DNA from: Hormiphora californensis | Lineage: Eukaryota > Animalia > Ctenophora | DNA length: 64,000 nucleotides | Assembly: GCA_020137815.1 (NCBI GenBank) | Contig: CM035350.1 | Span: forward strand, 8,742,001 to 8,806,000 | Reading direction: 5' to 3' | In this document: one piece after another, positions 60,642 to 64,000 of the stretch | Layout of the letters: every line of letters starts with the position of its first letter | Numbering within the stretch: the first letter of the stretch is position 1 | Notes under the pieces: model-generated | What the model saw: the letters and a program-made list of their open reading frames with translations, nothing else | The model's database searches: none | What the model was told of the DNA's origin: nothing | Made by a program: the position numbers and the translations under genes

Positions 60642-60917
60642 TTAAAAGTCCGACACCCGTCCTTTACGTTCCCAATCGCCAAACCGCGTCGGCTCTGGGC
60701 CTCTCGGACCACCCCGTTCTCCAGTATCAGGGTTCACATGTTCGTACTGATCCTCGGACGGCTCGTCGGTTACTTTTTCCTCGGCAGGAGGGGTATCTTT
60801 CCCATCGTTAGCCAAGTGGATGGTGGTGTTGCTGCAGAATCTACTGACAACCCTGGTCCAGGTGGTGCCCATTCGGGCAATAAGGAGCTTCCTTAACATC
60901 ATACCTAGACGGAACAT
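60642..60917 (-). CDS. SDHAF4: Succinate dehydrogenase assembly factor 4
   Basis: Arg-rich mitochondrial presequence-like N-terminus and the signature [31 protein letters not shown]. Confidence 0.95.
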   Translation of the reverse strand: MFRLGMMLRKLLIARMGTTWTRVVSRFCSNTTIHLANDGKDTPPAEEKVTDEPSEDQYEHVNPDTGERGGPRGPEPTRFGDWERKGRVSDF

Positions 60918-61147
60918 TTGTTAATCAATGTGTTTTTATACATTTCTCAATTTTAACTGGCAAAGCGGCATAATCAGATGAAGGCAGGAGGGCTGGAATA
61001 TTTTGGGATTTAGGGGCAAAGTTTCCCATTTTCGACTGATCTGGAGAGTGGAGACTGGTCCTACTCAGTGATGCCAAAGTTCCAATTATTAACTTAATGA
61101 AAATGAAAATGAACTATAGCCGTGCAACCGGCAATGGCCGATTTGAG

Positions 61148-62232
61148 TATTATTATTATTATTATTATTAAATCTATATAATTTACACAATTTAATTGTA
61201 TAAATAAGCCCCTTTTTTGTGGGCAAATACGGGTTACCGATAGATATTAAAGTTCATTGAAGATACCCATTATGAAAAGTCTATCACCCCCCTCCGTACC
61301 CGGAATTGGCCTCCAGGATTCGAGTCCCTCAACTCCTTCAACGTTTGGTGGAGTTCTCTCCTCTCACTTCTCTCTGCGAAGGACATATCCCTTGCAAGAT
61401 ATACACCGCAGTACGATTCTAACTGTTTTAGCTGCTTTGCCTTCTGGAGAAGGCTTAGCAGCATTTCCCTACTCTGTAGCTTCACAATCACTGGTCTCTC
61501 CCTTCCTCCCCGTTTCAAACCCACCCTTCTAGCTTCTATGGTCGGTTTCTCGCCTAGCTCAGCAAAAACATTTTCCACTTCACCCTTTAACACAGATTCA
61601 GTTTCATCCTCACATTCCGGTAGACCAAACACCATCAGATTTTTCGATCTGTCTGGGCCGGTATCAACTGGCTTGTGCGTGACCTTTTCCACGGCTTTCT
61701 GGATCTTTTTCGATGCAAACGCAGTCTTACAATTCTGTGTGACGACTGCAGAGAAAGTACGCAAATCTTTCTGTACCGTCTCGGTAACTCGATTCAGTTG
61801 CTCGCCCTGAAGCTCAATAACCTGCTCTTGTAACTTGACAGTTCTTCTCAAAAGATCATCACACTCCACTTTCAACTTCTCCTCCTGCTCCTGCAACTCG
61901 AGAGATTTTCTCAACAGTTCATCTCGCTCCTCTTTGAGTTCATCTCGCTCCTCTTTGAGTACCATCTCAGGGGATTTCTCGGCAAAGATATGACGCTCAA
62001 AGTGTTTTAGAACAATAAACGTTGCAAAGCTCATTTCTTCAATCAGTTGCTTTAGCTCATATTTCGTGTGTACAGAGTTGATTTTAACTGATGACGGTAT
62101 TTCAGCATCGTTGAAATCTGGACTGCTCCTGCACTTTTTTAAGACATTGCCAGCGACAGAGCTCTCTCCACTTTTGGCCAGCGTCAGAATCCGTCTTACA
62201 GCAAAGTCCAATTCTCGTTGTTCGTCTGCCAT
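61148..62232 (-). mobile_element. LINE ORF1-like 320-aa ORF (61270-62232) followed by a short 3' UTR and (TAA)n tail, with no ORF2
   Basis: Coiled coil, then RSKNLMVFGLPE..RVG..RPVIVKL..VYLARDMSFAER, typical of non-LTR ORF1 RRM/CTD. (TAA)n tract at 61148-61170 on the minus strand. Confidence 0.8.
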
Positions 62233-62358
62233 TATCTTACGTTCTGCCCTTTGGGGCCGTTACATCGCCATGTTGCTCAAATTAATTTGTTTAAAGTAGT
62301 GTTGAAAAGTTTGAATAAACTAAACGGTACCTGATAGAGAATCGATAGCCCTAACCGA

Positions 62359-62544
62359 TAGGTAAGCGGTAAAGGTGCGACGCGCAATTTGCGCCAATTT
62401 TCATTTTCTTGAGCTCATTTGAAAGAGCTCAATGTCCTCTTTCCAATGAACCCAAGATGTTGCAAATTGGTCAAGAAATGGCTGAGTTATTGCCAAATAA
62501 AATTAAAATTCTCAGGAGACGGGTCAACCTTTACCGCTTACCTA
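62359..62544. repeat. Inverted-repeat-bounded MITE-like segment
   Basis: TAGGTAAGCGGTAAAGGT...ACCTTTACCGCTTACCTA. Confidence 0.6.
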
Positions 62545-63283
62545 ACCGGTAACCCAAAAAAACCCTAACCCGACCCTAACAACAGCCCTAACCCGTCTCG
62601 ACCACCAAAATCGATGAATTGTTAGCAATGGCACCCAGATTTTAACGTTTTCCAGATTAAAATCGCGCCCTTCGCTTTCTTAAAAATCGGACGTGCGTGG
62701 ACTTTAAATTGCAGCTTCGCGCGGCGCGGCACCCTGTCAAAATGCGCGCGTTCGGGACTGCAGCGCAAGCCAATAAAGTCCGTCTCTTCCTGTATGGCGG
62801 CGCCAACTCGGTCTGGGTGGCTTTTTGAGGGAGGGCGCTGTCAGACACTCGAGTACACTTTGCGAGACAAGATCAGGGAGGGCAGAGACAGAGTATCAGA
62901 ACTTGCCCCTAAACAACTAGAAGTTTCCAGTTAAGTGCTTTTTTAGTTTGTTCATTGACTATGACATTAATTATAATTAACAATAACTAGGTCGGGGTTT
63001 ATCACGAAAACATAAAACGTAACTTTACACACAATATCCAATTGACATAAAGGGTCACACACTTCTCCAAAATATACACACAATATGAAAAACATAGTGC
63101 TGGTAGACCACGGGTAATACAAAAAGCAGGTCACGAAAACATCATTGTATTTTAAAAAATCTATATTTTCTCTTTATAAAAATTGAGTCCAGTCCCTTTC
63201 TCAGTTGATCAACCTCAGTCTCAGTGAGACTCTCACGACACGAAACCCCCCTCAAATCACTGCAACTCCCAATCAAATCCAAT

Positions 63284-63909
63284 TTACAGGGTCTGCAGGA
63301 GCTCAGGATCAGTTTCATTGCACACAGTGAGGTTGTAGCCTGGTATTCTCTCTTGAGTCTTCCTGATGGCCTCTTTAGCAAGGGGGTGTCCATCCCAGGC
63401 CCTCCTGTTGACACCATTGCTAACGTCCCAGTCCAACATTGACTGGGCCTTCTCTCCTGACTCCTCACTTCCATCAAGCAGCATTCCAAACCCTCCATTC
63501 ATCACCTGGAGAGGGAAATAGTTTAAAGGGGGTTTCTTTCTTTGTCCTAATAGACAACACTTTACCTCACCTCACCCACCCTACACCCCGTTACAACTCA
63601 CCTCACCCCACCCTACACCCCGTTACAACTCACCTCACCCCACCCTACACCCCGTTACAACTCACCTCACCCCACCCTACACCCCGTTACAACTCACCTC
63701 ACCCCACCCTACACCCCGTTACAACTCACCTCACCCCACCCGACACCTCCACCATTGTGAATGCTAACGTATGTAGCCCCTCTGAGGGCTCCACCAATAA
63801 CATTCTGCACCGCCATGTCCGCACACCACATCGAGCCATCTGTTATGTTGGATGTCTCCCTGAAGGGTGAGTCCGTGCCGCTCACGTCGTGGTGATCCCG
63901 AGACAGCAC
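63284..63909 (-). CDS. UROC1: Urocanate hydratase, last two coding exons (63909-63730 and 63505-63284). The 5' part lies beyond the window
   Basis: VLSRDHHDVSGTDSPFRETSNI.DGS..CADMAVQN..RGAT.VSIHNGGGVGWGE|VMNGGFG..LDG..WDVSNGVNRRAW. Confidence 0.97.
63567..63741. repeat. 32-bp tandem repeat made of the UROC1 exon end plus its splice donor
   Basis: Minus-strand unit GGGTGGGGTGAG|GTGAGTTGTAACGGGGTGTA, about 5 copies. Confidence 0.9.
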
Positions 63910-64000
63910 CTATAGGTTAAAGTTTGTGGTGAGTCAATTGACAAAGCCTTGTTCGGCACAAATGTAAAGGAGGGTTAGAGCATAATGAGCCTGACACTGT

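Noticed and set aside
63439-63870. 143-aa Pro/Thr/His-rich plus-strand ORF
   Set aside because: Antisense translation of UROC1 exons and the 32-bp repeat.

Overview
Intron-rich animal genomic DNA. A ctenophore-like invertebrate is my guess, not something shown by the sequence. The + strand carries two tandem, diverged DysF-containing (type I) ferlin genes: ferlin A (5'-truncated, 82 to about 21008) and ferlin B (about 23877-40316). The - strand carries a PPP1R3-type glycogen-targeting PP1 subunit, a tightly packed MAEA / SAM-methyltransferase-like / SDHAF4 cluster, an ORF1-only LINE-like element and the 3' end of UROC1. Introns hold many MITEs, long foldback elements, minisatellites and (GA)n tracts. 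Main observations: (1) a hidden three-exon secreted lysozyme-like gene nested antisense in a ferlin A intron, readable only by skipping six single bases (all +1). The same base surplus occurs in ferlin A optional exons, while the core ferlin exons I translated are intact, which suggests +1 recoding or deletion editing, although decay or assembly error is not excluded. (2) Apparent splicing diversification of ferlin Ca2+-binding loops and C-termini: a mutually exclusive exon pair, symmetric cassette exons and three alternative last exons. (3) An operon-like cluster with a splice acceptor just before each ATG. (4) Repeated tandem duplication of splice junctions. All exon models were read by hand and have no transcript support here.
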